A program made the position numbers and the translations under genes. 64,000 nucleotides of DNA, from assembly GCF_018350175.1 (NCBI RefSeq), contig NC_058368.1, positions 25,050,001-25,114,000 on the forward strand. Direction: 5' to 3'. This document shows positions 38,640 to 51,444 of the stretch, in pieces (within the stretch, counting starts at the first letter, position 1; every line of letters starts with the position of its first letter). The notes below the pieces were generated by a model that made no database searches, was not told the DNA's origin, and worked only from the letters and a program-made list of their open reading frames with translations. The DNA comes from Felis catus (Eukaryota).

Positions 38640-39930
38640 ACAATCCAGGAGCAAAAAATAAAAATAATCTGATTTAACAATGGGCAAAGAGGGGTGCCTG
38701 GGTGGCTCAGTCGGTTAAATGTCCAACTTCGGCTCAGGTCATGATCTCACGGTCTGTGAGTTTCAACCTCGTGTCAGGCTTTGTGCTGACTGCTCAGAAA
38801 CTGGAGTCCGCTGCAGATTGTGGGTGTCTCTCTCTCTCTCTTGCCCCTCTCTTGCTTGTACTCTCTCTCTCTCTCTCAAAAATAAACATTAAACAATTTT
38901 TAAAAATAGGAGTCATAATGGGTAAAGAAACTGAATAGGTATTTCTCCAAAGAAGACATACAAATGACCAAGAGATATATGGAAAGGTGTTCAACATCAC
39001 TAAACATTAAGCAAATCGCATTAAATCAAAATCACAATGGTATTACACCTCACACCAGTGGGATGGCTATTATATAGAAAGATAACAAGTACCGTTGGGA
39101 AGGTAGAGAATAGGAGACCTTTGTACATTATTAGTACGGAAATTGAGGTAGCCACTGTGGAAAACAATATGGAGGTTCCTCAAAAATTTTTAAAAAGAAC
39201 TACCATATGACCCAACAATCTTACTACTGGGTACATACCCAAAGGAACTCAAATCAGGATCTTGAAGAAATATCTACACTCCAAGGTTTACGGCAGCACT
39301 ATTCACAATAGCCAAGACTTGAAAGTAACCTAAACGTTCATTGAGGGATGAATGGATAAAGAAAATGTGGTATATCCATACAGTGGAATAGTATGGAGCC
39401 TTACAAAAAGAAAGAAATCTGCTATTTGCAACAACATAGATGAACCTAGAAGGACATTATACTAAGTGAAGTAAGTATGTGTCACAAAAGGACAGATAAT
39501 ACATGATACCTCTTATATGAGGAATCTAAAATAGTCAAACTTACAGAAGCAGAGGGTAGAATGGTATTTTCCAAGGGCTGAGGAGGAGGGATGGATGGGG
39601 AGGCAGGCGATACGAAGTTTCACTATGTACCAGATTATGAAGATGAATAAATCCTAGAGACCTACCGTCCATCATAGTGCCTATAGGTAAGCATACTGTA
39701 TTGTACACTCAACGATTTGGTAAGAGAGTAGATCTGACGTTAAATACCCTTAACACACATGAATAAATTGGCTGGGAGGAAACTTTTGGAGGCAATCCAT
39801 ATACATATGGTATTAGATTACGGTGATGGTTTCACGGGTATACACCAATCTCCAAACTCATCAGGCTGTATACATTAGTGCAGCTTTTTGTAGGTCAGCC
39901 ACATCTCAGTCAAATGGTTTTAAAAAAGTA
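38640..39930 (+). mobile_element. Old L1 (L1MA/MB-like) ORF2 end and 3'UTR with a CAN-SINE at about 38691-38905
   Basis: L1 3' motifs gaatggataaagaaaatgtggtatat. SINE flanked by aatggg(c/t)aaaga. Confidence 0.87.
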
Positions 39931-40975
39931 AGAAGAAACCTACCTACTGATCCTGTTTTACAATTCTTTCTTCATCCCAAGTCATTCATTTGTAGGTGTA
40001 ACAGGAATCCTTGAACCGTTCATGCTGAAATGTAAGCCCATTAAGTCTGATATCATGCTCAGTGGAGGAGAGAGAATGGGTTATCGTGCCTCCCCAGTAC
40101 GATCATCAGCACCACCTCAAGCAAAGCTGAACGATAGATCTTTGTGGCCCTTCCTCTCTCAGCCTCCCCTTGTCCATCCAAGACCACTACCCCTTCCACG
40201 TGGAAGAAAGTTATCTCATGGACACACGCATACCAAGGAGAAAGGGACTAAGATTTCTCAAAAAATAATTATGTACCACATACTATATGCATATTATCTC
40301 ATCCGACCATCACAAGAGCCACAAGTATTATTCTTTACACTTGACAGATGAAGAGTTTCAGAGAAGCGACTTGGGTTCTGGTTACGTAAGTATTGAACCT
40401 CCATATGGTGGTCAGGGGACTCGAACCCAGTTCTGCTGGGCTCCGTGGTTCCTGGTCTCTCCATGACTCGATGCTTTCTCCCTTAGAGGCAGTGGAATTG
40501 TCACTGTCCTCTACTATGGAAACAAGCAGGATTGCCTGGTACCTGAGGCTCCTCCTTCCCCGGCACAGGGACGGAGCCAAGCTCCCCCAAGGTCTCCAGA
40601 TGTGGGCAGCTGACGTTCCCAACCACGGCTATACACAGCCCGTGCCAAAGCCCAGATCATTTGATGCTCAGTCGACTGCTTTTGCCCTGAGCTTCAAGTC
40701 CACGGTCATACACACTCCACAGACAAGGAGAACATTCTCCCTGGGAGGAGGTTCTTCTGCTGGCCTGCTCACCTGTGCCTGAGGATACAGCCTAGGGCTG
40801 TCAGGGAGCCAGGGATGCACAGCTGCTGGCCCTTCGGCCGACGGTTCCATGCTGTACCATTGAGGTCTGCTGGAGTTCACCCGAGCTTGTCGTTATCCTC
40901 TCCTCACCATCCCTTACGTGGAGATGGCACCTTACGGTCTACTTTCCCGTATATTTCTTGCTTCACCTGCTAAGT

Positions 40976-41203
40976 CACGAGTTGGCAAACTATTGCACAC
41001 GGCCAAATCCTGCTCACTGCCTCTTTTTCTTGCTGGAACACACCCAACCCCCTCCTTTCGTGTTTTGTCCATGGCTGCTTTCCCTAAAATGGCACAGTTG
41101 AATAGTGGCTGTGGAGACCATCATGGCCGACAAAGCTTAGAATACTTACTGTTTCTTTCCAAAAAAAAAAAAAAAAAAAAAAAAGGTTTGCCAGCCTGCT
41201 CTA
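40976..41203. mobile_element. MER58A-like hAT MITE
   Basis: TIR-like ends gttggcaaac ... gtttgccagc; internal gtccatggctgcttt...cagttgaatagt motif. Confidence 0.75.
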
Positions 41204-41606
41204 AAGAACGCTGGGAGGCAAATGCAATGACTATCATTTCCTAATTACAGGTTAAAAAAAAAAATAGATGAAACCAAGTTGCTCAGAAAACTTCAATGGT
41301 TTCTTAAGGACACAGAACTGGTTTGCACAGCCAAGCCAGAAGTCAAATTCATATTTAAGAGATGGGAATATTGGAAAGGTTGGCACCAGGGAGTGAGTCT
41401 TTGAGAATGCCTTCTAGGCCCAGTGGTCTTGTCTTGCAGAAAAGGAGAGACAAGTTTCTGTTCTTTAAAACATGGTAGACAGCCAATAATTCTTAGCCCA
41501 TGGATCAAGAGAACCAGACCTGAACACAAGGCTGCAGAGTTTGAAATGCCAGCCAAAAGGTTCTGGAGAATTCAGAGTTGATACTTTACTTTGTATTTTC
41601 TAATTT

Positions 41607-41800
41607 TAATTTTTTTATGTTTATTTTTGAGAGAGAGAGAGAGAGCTTGAGTGGGGCAGAGAGAGAGGGAGACACAGACTCCAAAGCAGGCTCCAGGCTT
41701 CGAGCTGTCAGCACAGAGCCCGACGCAGGGCTCGAACCACAAACCACAAGATCGTGACCTGAGCTGAAGTTGGATGCTCAGTCGAGCCACCCAAGGGCCC
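41607..41800 (-). mobile_element. CAN-SINE
   Basis: TSD ctttgtattttctaatt. Confidence 0.9.
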
Positions 41801-43067
41801 CAGTTTTGCTTTGTATTTTCTAATTCAAAAAGCCAGCAAAATCCATACAACCCCTAGGTATACTAGAAATAAAGGTGAGAAAGGTACATGTGGGGAAGGA
41901 AGCCATGAGTTCTTCTGGTGTATTCAGGGAAGCAGACTTTCAGCGGGTGGCTTTTCTCAAGCAAGATGCTCTTCTCCCTCTGGCCCAACCCCTCACCACA
42001 CCCAGAATTTGAATGGCAAAGGCAGCCGTGCCCAGAATCCTCTCTTCCCCATGCTGTCTTCAACCAAGACATGGCTCAAGGACCGTTCTCATGTTGATTG
42101 GTGTTTATCATATAGAGACTTGGAGGCTTTTGTTTCTGATAAGAACTTATTTCCTAATGATATTTCATATTGGCCATGCATCGTCTCCTTCGAGCTCCGT
42201 CCGCAGTCACCCTGGTGAGTCTAGAACGGTCTGGGAAGGGATGGAGCAGAGACCACTGGGGCTTGTGTTCTCAGTCTTGGACATCGGCGTCTGTGGAGCT
42301 TCAAGCAGGCAAGTCTGGCAGTGTGTAGACTGAGGGGCCATGGCAGGGGAGGCAACCCTAGTCCTGCAACAAATAGATGAAGCAGGACTGCCTTGGAAGA
42401 GAAAAAAAAAGAAAAAGAAAAAGGCAGGCAAGGCCTGGGCAACCAAGTGAAGCCAACTAGGAAGGGAGAAGAGAGGAGGCTGCCCACAGGAGTCAACCCT
42501 CCTACACCCGGTGAGTGGTTTCATCTGCAAAAGACGCCTGACTTGTGCAGGGTGCAGCCAGACATAACAGCTCTGAGAAGCCCCAACTTGGCTCAGAATC
42601 CTTCAGAAACAGATTTTGCAAATATGTGTAATATATTAAGCTTGACTCCATCTTACCGAGATAGGTCTTTGTGTATCAGAAGGAAAGAAGCAGAGGAAAA
42701 CTAAAATGAGCACCTCTGGGCTCTTTGAGCTGAGCTGCATTATTAATGACCATGGCCTTGCCTCGGAGATGGCCATCCAATAGGGGTTTTAAGAAGTCAT
42801 TTTGCATGAGCAGGCCAAAGGCAAAGAGCTGGCGAGAGGACGATTCGAGACCCAGGTTTCTCCCTGGTGCCGGTGGTGCCTCTCTTCTCAACCAGAACCT
42901 GGAGACGGGCTTGTGTTTTCCCAGCTAGCGCCATTCTTTACTTCCGCATCAATAGTTTCCATCAATTTCTTCCTAATACCCTTAAAAACCCGATGTTATC
43001 AGCTGTAGCCAAGTGCATGCAGAATTTAAGGAAATTAAACCCCAGGCTTGCTGGAAGACAGGAGGGC

Positions 43068-43800
43068 CATGGCTCTCAAACTTTCAAGTGCCCAGAATGT
43101 TCCGGAGGGCCGGGGAACTCATAGACAACTGGCGGTCAACCCTAGTTTCAGATTTAGTAGTTTTGTGTGTAGGGCCAAAAGAATTTGCATTTCTTTTTTT
43201 TATTTTATTTTAATTGACTTATTTTTTTTTTAATTTTTTTTTCAACGTTTATTTATTTTTGGGACAGAGAGAGACAGAGCATGAACGGGGGAGGGGCAGA
43301 GAGAGAGGGAGACACAGAATCGGAAACAGGCTCCAGGCTCTGAGCCATCAGCCCAGAGCCCGACGCGGGGCTCGAACTCACGGACCGCGAGATCGTGACC
43401 TGGCTGAAGTGGGACGCTTAACCGTCTGCGCCACCCAGGCACCCCTTAATTGACTTATTTTTTAAATTTATTTAATTTATTTATTCTTAATTATATTCAT
43501 TTATAAATTAATTATTTTAGTTAATATATTTATTTTATTAAATTTTACATTTAATTAATTTATTTTAATTTATTTATTATGATGGACAGGGTACATCCTG
43601 CCTGCCTGTATATTATTATTTTGAGAGACCCTCAATGCTAAGCCAAACCCATGAACCGTGAGAGCTGACCTGAGCTGAAATCAAAAGTCAGATGCTTAAC
43701 CGACTGAGCCAGCCAGGCACCCCCCAAAATTTGCATTTCTAATACAGTCCCAGGTCTTGCTGATGCTGCTGGTCAAGGTGCCCCACACTGAGAACTACTG
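43068..43800. mobile_element. MER5A hAT MITE interrupted by nested SINEs
   Basis: ggctctcaaacttt ... aatttgcatttct [insert] aatttgcatttctaatacagtcccagg...gctgatgctgctgg...cacactgagaactactg. Confidence 0.82.
43228..43445 (-). mobile_element. Young felid SINE nested in the tail of an older atypical SINE (about 43195-43724)
   Basis: TSD ttaattgacttatttttt at 43210-43227 and 43446-43463. Confidence 0.94.
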
Positions 43801-43986
43801 GACGATAAACCAGGAAGTTTAACAGCATAGGCTTTGGACACAGACTGCCTGTGAGTGGATCCTGGTCCCATCCCTTCCCACCTCTACCTCTGTGACCAGG
43901 AGCAAATTACTCTAACATTTTGTACCTATTTCAGCAGCTACAAAATGGTGTTTTGACAAGGATTAAATGAGTTAATAATACACATA

Positions 43987-44168
43987 GGGGCGCCTGGGTG
44001 GCTCAGTCGGTTAACCGTCCGACTTCGGCTCAGGTCATGATCTCACGGTTTGTGAGTTCGAGCCCCGCGTCGGGCTCTGTGCTGACAGCTCAGCAGGAAC
44101 CCGTTTTGGATTCTGTGTCTCCCTCTCTGTCTCTCTCCCTCAAAAATAAACAGACATTTAAAAAAAAA
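43987..44168 (+). mobile_element. CAN-SINE in a MIR remnant (about 43820-43985)
   Basis: Head, short (CT)n and tail; TSD aatacaca. Confidence 0.9.
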
Positions 44169-44307
44169 AATACACAACAGAGCCCAACCCACAGAAAGCA
44201 GTAAGAAGCCACTGCCTATCTGAGCCTTGTTTGAAAAGAGAAAGATGACAAAGAGGCGGCACAAGTCAGGGGAGGGGAGGGAGGCAGACAGGCAGGGCCA
44301 GGGACAC

Positions 44308-44335
44308 TTCAGCACCATTCTGAAGGACAGGCGCC
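44308..44335 (+). promoter_or_regulatory. Candidate non-canonical (wide-spacer) RE1/NRSE
   Basis: TTCAGCACC, 8-nt spacer attctgaa, then GGACAG(G)CGCC. Confidence 0.4.
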
Positions 44336-46331
44336 GGCTGCCCCATCACTGCACAGCCCGCTCACAAACTGCCCACTGATGGTCGGGTGCTGCCTCCCCA
44401 CCCCCAAGGGAACAGGAAGTAAAAGGAGGTGACAGCTAACATGACTCCGTGTCTACAAAGCCCTGCCCCATCTGCTGTCTCCTTTGGTCTTCTCCATGTC
44501 CCTGTGAGTTAGGCCTTATCAGATGCAGAAGCCCAAGGCTCAGAAAGGTCAAGGGACTCCCACCCTGCCATGATCAGGAAGCTAAGGCCCCCCCCCAGAC
44601 TCCCAAACAGCCTCAGGGCACCTTATTCGCACAATGGGCCAACGACTCAGCTGGATTCCCCTCCCCTTTCTTTCTTCTTCTCCAGTTAAGAGTCAGGGTC
44701 AATATTTGTGGACTCCTTCTGGCAAAGGGGCCCTGGCAATAGGGAGGCTGAGGGAAACCCTCATTAGAGAGGGTCTGGAGACATCTCAAGCCATCAGCAT
44801 CTCCAGCATGCTGCAAAAGGCTAAGGGGACCAGCACTGGGTGGGCTCCAATCCCTGAACTTGGCCTGGAGTGGCAGGTCTCTGCCCACAGGGCATTCATG
44901 GAACAGGATAGCAGGGCTAGCCTGAAGGCACTCAGGCGTGCCCGCAGGCAACTTGGGCTCAGGAGGTATCGAGAAGAGGTGATAGCTGCGGGGCCAGGGG
45001 GAGCTGGAGAGATGGTCTCAGGTTCACATTGTAGGAACCTCTGGCCACTCTCACAGTATAGAAGACTGCCTCTGGTAAAGGGTGAATATGTGTGAGGGGC
45101 AAGGCGGCAGCAGAATCCAGAGCCTTCTCACTCCAGGCCACCCTTTTCCATCAAGGGCTCTTCCTGCTTCACCTGTCTCCTTTCTTCCTGTCTTGTCAGT
45201 GCTTAGACTGAGGACTACCAGCCATTTGACCTCCCTCCCGTGAACTGGGGTCCAAGGTCAGTCTCACTGCACAGTAGGCTGGAGGTCAGAGGCTGGGCCC
45301 CTGTATTCCTACTCTCAACTTTGTTTGGTGCACCTAGAGGGGGTAAGGCCATCAGAACATTGGGCAAGCCCTATGAAAATTCCCAAGTCCATGGGTACAT
45401 CCCGCCTATATGTCTTGACCAACTGCCTTTCTGTTTGGGCAAAGTGTTGTTTTCTTGTTCCCATCGTCTTTGCAACCTGATTTCAAACCAAGTAACATCA
45501 TCAGAGGGACTTGTAATGCCCAAAGCCCAAAGACTGTCATCGTGAATCACTTTCTGCCCCAGTCGACCCAAAGTGTGATTCCAAGGAATGTTGTAAATTG
45601 CAGCTGGGTGACAGCTAAATACAACACAAACATATCACAAACCTCATACGCTCAGTGAGAGTGATGGAAACAAGACTGCAAAATTAATATGTTATATATA
45701 CACATCTCTGGCTCATCGGTTTTTCTGCTTTAACCACATTTATGCTTTTATCAGCACTAGATAATCTCCAGCCACTACACGGTCCTTCTGGGATTGTCAA
45801 TGTCTTTGAAAGGAACATTTCCATGTGGAGCTAGCTCCCCTTACATATTAGAAGAGCTTGAAGGTGCCTTATAGTAGGATCTGAAAGGTGCTACAAGGTG
45901 CTCCCCATCCCAAATCTTCCTTACGTGCAATTCCCACAATTAAAGCCACTTTTCGGGATAGGACACTGAATGCAAAAGGCATCTGCTAAAATTCAGTGAC
46001 ATTGCCCAGAACAAGTATCAAGCAGACCAACTGGCACACAGCCCTCCCTCCACGTCCCTTTCCAATTCTTCCTTCTTAAATATTGAGTGACCACCATGGA
46101 TTACCTCAGGGGTTCTTATCGGAGGGTCCCAGCCATGGGCGTCAGTGGTTCCAGGACACAGGCTGTCAGTTTCGTGTGTTACATGTACATAGATGTCTAG
46201 ACAGATGCTTCTAACTCCCGTTGCATTTCAAGGAGGTCTAAGACTCCCCAGAGGGCAAGTCTCATTAAGTTTACTGTATTAATGTGACGAATTTAGAAGG
46301 TCAGCCCAGGCCCTTCAAAAAGAGGGAGGAT

Positions 46332-46551
46332 GGGGCGCCTGGGTGGCTCCGTCGGTTGAGCGGCCGACTTCGGCTCAGGTCACGATCTCGCAGTCCGTGA
46401 GTTCGAGCCTCGCATCGGGCTCTGTGCTGACGGCTCAGAGCCTGGAGCCTGTTTCCGATTCTGTGTCTCCCTCTCTCTGACCCTCCCCCATTCATGCTCT
46501 GTCTCTCTGTGTCTCAAAAATAAAAATAAACGTTAAAAAAAATTTAAAAAA
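46332..46551 (+). mobile_element. CAN-SINE
   Basis: TSD aaaaagagggaggatg. Confidence 0.93.
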
Positions 46552-46769
46552 AAAAAGAGGGAGGATGACCAGGTGACCTGGGAGGAAGGAGATTTACCCT
46601 GTGCTGTCGGGAAAGGCAAACCAGTGGGAGGGCCACACAGCAGACTTGGGAAAGGGGCCAAGGTCACATTTGAACTTCCTCATGTCTAAGATGACTTCTT
46701 AGCTCCACATCTCCTCTCCCCCTCCCTCCAACGATACATGTACACTCTGAAGAACACATGATCTATTAA

Positions 46770-46970
46770 GCATGTGTAACACAACAGGTACTGTGCTCAG
46801 TACTACATATGTTTTCTTATTTAATCCACACAACATTTTGAGATCTATGCTGTTGGTGTCTCCTTTTACAGATGGTAAAACTGAGGCTTAGAGCGATTGG
46901 GTAACTTGCCAAGGTCACCCAGCAAACAAGCAAACTGCAAAACCAGGTTCAGGCAGCCTTACTCCAGAAT
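46770..46970 (-). mobile_element. MIR
   Basis: ttttacagatggtaaaactgaggcttagagcgattgggtaacttgccaaggtcac core. Confidence 0.82.
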
Positions 46971-46991
46971 CAATGTTTTTACCCATGAGGT

Positions 46992-47125
46992 CAGTGATTC
47001 TCAAACTTAAGTGGGCATCAGTATCACCTGGAAGGCCTGTGAAACCTGATTTCTGGGCCCCACAATAAAATTGGATGGAGCAGGTCTGGGGTGGGGCCCA
47101 AGAACTGGCTTTTTTTAAAGTTCAT

Positions 47126-47164
<39 letters not shown>

Positions 47165-47167
47165 AGG

Positions 47168-47218
<51 letters not shown>

Positions 47219-48150
47219 AGGGAGGGAGGGAGAGAGAGAGGGAGAGAGAGAGAGAGGGAGAGAGAGAGAGGGAGAGAGAGAGAGGGAGAGAGAGAGAGGG
47301 AGAGAGAGAGAGGGAGAGAGAGAGAGGGAGAGAGAGAGAGGGAGAGAGAGAGAGGGAGAGAGAGAGAGGGAGAGAGAGAGAGGGAGAGAGAGAAACAGAG
47401 AGAGAGAAACAGAGAGAGAGAAACAGAGAGAGAGAAACAGAGAGAGAGAAACAGAGAGAGAGAAACAGAGAGAGAGAAACAGAGAGAGAGAAACAGAGAG
47501 AGAGACGGAGAGAGAGAAACAGAGAGAGAGAGGGAGGGAGGGGGGAGAGGGGGGGAGGGGGGAGAGGGGAGGGGGGAGAGGGGAGGGGGGAGGGGGGAGG
47601 GGGGAGGGGGGAGGGGAGGGGGGAGGGGGGAGGGGAGGGGGGAGGGGGGAGGGGAGGGGGGAGGGGGGAGGGGGAGGGGGGAGGGGAGGGGGGGAGGGGG
47701 GAGGGGAGGGGGGGAGGGGGGGAGGGGGGAGGGGAGGGGGGGAGGGGGGAGGGGAGGGGGGGAGGGGGAGGGGAGGGGGGGAGGGGGGAGGGGAGGGGGG
47801 AGGGGAGGGGGGGAGGGGGGAGGGGAGGGGGGAGGGGAGGGGGGAGGGGAGGGGGGAGGGGAGGGGGGAGGGGGGAGGGGGAGGGGGGAGGGGGAGGGGG
47901 GAGGGGGAGGGGGGGGGGAGAGGGAGGGGGGAGAGGGAGAGAGAGAAGGAGAGAGAGAGAATCTCTAGCAGGCTCCACGATGTCAGCACAGAGCCCAATG
48001 CGGGGCTTGAACCAACAAACCACGAGAGCATGACCTGAGCTGAAATCAAGAGCAGACGTTTAACCGACTGAACCACCCAGGGACCCCAAGACCTGGCATT
48101 TCTAACAAGTTCCCAGATGCTGCTGACGCTGCTGTCTGGGGACCCCCTGC
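46992..48150. mobile_element. MER5A interrupted by a minus-strand CAN-SINE (about 47110-48087)
   Basis: cagtgattctcaaactt...ggggcccaagaactggc [SINE] aagacctggcatttctaacaagttcccagatgctgctgacgctgct. Confidence 0.85.
47127..47961. repeat. About 835-bp compound polypurine/polypyrimidine tandem repeat (expanded SINE (CT)n)
   Basis: (AG)n, (GGGA)n, 12-mers GGGAGAGAGAGA and GAAACAGAGAGA, then about 400 bp of G4-7A units. No T on the + strand. Confidence 0.95.
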
Positions 48151-48204
48151 CACACAGTGAAGCTGACGAGCCCCTCCCCTGCACAGGCTCTTTGCACCAG
48201 CTCC

Positions 48205-48355
48205 CCCCATGGCCCTGGAGGGATCCTAAGAATGTATTCCCAAGAGCATAGATTTTTGAAAAATTTAAAATATAAGAAATGTGTGTGCCATTTTCTTAAA
48301 GCAGATCCTTAAAGTCGTGTACACTTCAGGCCCCCCAAAGCCTGGGTTTGCCCCC
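48205..48355 (-). mobile_element. MER53-like hAT fragment
   Basis: ttttcttaaagcagatccttaaagtcgtgtacacttcaggccccccaaagcctgg. Confidence 0.45.
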
Positions 48356-48944
48356 AGATAATGGTGTCTTCCTTGGGTCACATTTCTCCTATTTTTATCT
48401 CAGACCTGGAGCACGTTACAGTCCACACCAGGAGCCATAGTTACGCCCACCCTGATGGGCTAGGGTTTCACGAAGTTCCTCAGTCTGTCAGAATATGTCC
48501 ACGGACACCATCTGTGGGTTTTAGATAAAGATGGGTCTCAAGTAGCTTCCTGTACTAAAGTGACTGCCTAAGCCATCAAATCACCCTGGCGGGAGTCTGA
48601 GTTGGGATCTTAAGGGATGTCACAGACACCCCTGCAGGAGAGGAGGGGAGACAGGGAGGCCCCTTCTGATGCCTGGCCAGGGGTGGTGAAAGCACCCCTC
48701 TCTTTAGTACAGGACAGGGCTGGTGGGAACCAGAGTCCCTCGCATCTGTTGCTTCAAGTCCTCCGTCTGGAGAGAGCTCACTGCCGCCCTCAATATTTGC
48801 GAGTAGTGTTTGGAAAACAGGAAACAAACCAAGGCAAGAAATAAAAGCTTGGTCAGACCTTCCTCTGGTGCCTTGGTGCTAGAGGATCCCGTAGGATCTT
48901 GGTTACCCCCTCCCTGTTCGCGCTACTCAGCAGGCTGTAGGCCA

Positions 48945-49360
48945 GAGTTGTCCAGTAGAGAAATGTAACCGGAGACAGAGTCGTAGGTTTACATGTTCTA
49001 GTAGACACGTTAAAAGGGCCAGAAAGAGGTCAAGTTTTGATATATTTAATCTGTAGTCAAAATTCTATCACATCATCACCAGTACAGAAACCATTAATGA
49101 GAACTTTCACAGGTTTTCGCCATAGGAAGTCATTGAAACCTACCGTGCCTTTAGACTTACGGCGTATCTCAGTTTGGACGCTAAACCTTCAACGGGCAAA
49201 GCGAAATGTGGTCCTAACGATAACTTTGCGTTTAAGGGAAAAAGAATTTTTATATTGCATCCGTTTTTAAATTTATAGTAGATTAAAACTTCAGATCCTC
49301 AGTTGACCTAGCTCTATTTCAGGAGCCCCATAGCCACACGTGAGTAGTGTTGGAAACACA
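48945..49360. mobile_element. Charlie1-derived hAT fossil
   Basis: tgtccagtaga...ttctagtagacacgttaaaa...tatctcagtttggacgctaaa...tagccacacgtg...ttggaaacacag. Confidence 0.65.
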
Positions 49361-51444
49361 GCTCAAGGAACTGTGCCTCCTGGAAGTTAGCACAGACTGG
49401 ATCACAGTTTCTATGTTCCTGAAATAGTGGTAGGAACAGTGGTTGTCTGGGGATGTCACAGGGGAGACAAGGAGGGATTTTGTAATTTGGAGAAAAGCAA
49501 AGGGAGAAAAATCAGGATCGTTAGGGTTCCTACCAGAATCTCATCTCTCTACACAGTAACTCCTTTCATTAGTAATTACCATGTCAATATGTTGTACGAT
49601 TGGTCGTTCAGAATCTGACTCCTCTCCTAAACCATAAGCTCCAGAAGGGCGGGAAATGTGTCCGCCCTTGTATTCATGTTACGGTGGTTGAGCCTAGCTC
49701 AGTGCCTGGTATGGCTCTCAGTACTGTTGAAATGGTAAGCGAAGAAATTACACTAAATCTTTGAAGGACACATAAGGTACATAGGATTCTGCCCACGAAT
49801 AAACAAATCGGCCCGGAAGGAGAGTTATCATCATAGCAAGACTGGCAAAGTCAGCATGTAGCCTATAGTTTAGCTGAAAACAACAAGTCCCAAATTGGGC
49901 TGAGTGTTCTATTTTACAGATGAAGTCATCTGAGGTATTGGTAGGTGATGGTGACTTGGTAAGTCCTAAGTCCCCACAGAACCTGATGGGTTTCCATTAC
50001 CCATAACCCTGAGGCCACACTCTTCCCACTAAGGTCCTGCTTTCTAGGTTCTTCTTTTCTTTCCTCTAGAAATCATGAACAAGCAAGGTCAGATTTTTAC
50101 TGAGCACTGGGGAAGAGCCACTTAACAGCGTTAAGTTTAGTCCCAAGTTTGGGACTTGGAGGTGAGGGACAGAAACCGAACCTGACTTCTTTCAACGTAC
50201 AGGGGGATTTACTGCAAAAGCGGGGCAATAAATCCTGGACAAGATTAGAACTAGGGTCACACACAGCCAGAACCAGGTTAGCCGCCTTGCCTCCCCTTTC
50301 TGCCCGTCCAAACTGGCTTCCTCTCCATTCTAAGCCATGTGTTAATAAACACCCTGCCACCATAACCAAGCTTTAGAGCTTCAGTGTTCAACCACTGGAA
50401 GGAGGTTGGCACGACCATCTTGGGTCCTAATTCCAGAATCTCACCGCGGGGGGACTTTCTGGTCTGGCTTGCCCAAGTGCCCAGCCCTGGACAAATCCAT
50501 GTGGCCAGGCCTGGAAAACGATATGCTAATACAAAGGATGTCGAGACGCTTTTCTTGCCCTAGATTCGTTGAGTCCAGCTCTAGTAAAAAATATGAGGTG
50601 TTTATACTACCACTTTGTAAAGAGTCACCTCCAGAGCATGCCCAAGAGACTGCCAAACTGGCTAACCATCATGCCAGGTGGGCCCTCGCCAGCCAGTCTG
50701 GAGTTGGGGGGGGGAAGGCGGGGAGGGATGGTCATCTGAGTTAGTTTTAGACCTTGTGTGGAGGGAGAGGATTTGAGGGGCAGGAGAGGGGTGCTTTCTT
50801 ACCATCAAGCCAAGGGAGAAGGAGGGGGATCATTCTGGGGCGGTGGGCTGGTGGGGAGCAGAGCCTGGCATGCAGGGCCAGCTCCGTGGGTCTGTTGGCT
50901 GTGCGGTCATTCAGGAAAATCCCACCCCTGGAGAGAGGACAAGATGGACTAAGAAATTCCCGTGTAACTGGGAGTTTCACATAAGACTGGATTCAACTTT
51001 AAGATCCAATAGGGCCTGAAAGTTATGGGATCTGGCCTAGATGCCCCGGGGGTGGGGGGATCTTCTGTGCAGTGGGGTACAGGGAGCATCACATAGCCCA
51101 GCTGGGGCAGGGACCAGAGTGACAACACATCTGCTTTACACACACAGATGGCCGAGTTGAGGTCATTATCTTGACATTGCAGCACCACGGCACCCACGAT
51201 GAAGGGGTTCTGGCAGACTTGCCCACACCAGGAGAGGGTGTGACTCAGCCCCACGTCCCAGACTTGGGCTCACAGGCACTCAAGCACCCTGCTGTTCTTG
51301 AGTCCTAGTGCCCCAGGAGAATGTGTGTCCCCTGAGATCTAAGTCCCCATTGTATAGAGTCCGGGGCTCTACATTCAGGAGGAGCTCGCTGAGCATGTAG
51401 GCTTACAGCCCCGTAGACCGCCTGGCCCCTCCATCATTTGATAG

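Noticed and set aside
42190..42520. Two GTGAGT donors with nearby AG, suggesting 8-nt and 21-nt micro-exons
   Set aside because: Weak or purine-rich acceptors and no recognisable peptide; the hexamer is expected many times by chance in 64 kb.
47024..48184. 386-, 315- and 302-aa ORFs (poly-Pro/Ser/Leu and Arg/Glu/Gly-rich)
   Set aside because: They are translations of the T-free polypurine repeat and SINE, which cannot contain stop codons. Not genes.
51178..51196. RE1-like tgcagcaccacggcacc
   Set aside because: The right half lacks GGACAG; only a half-site.
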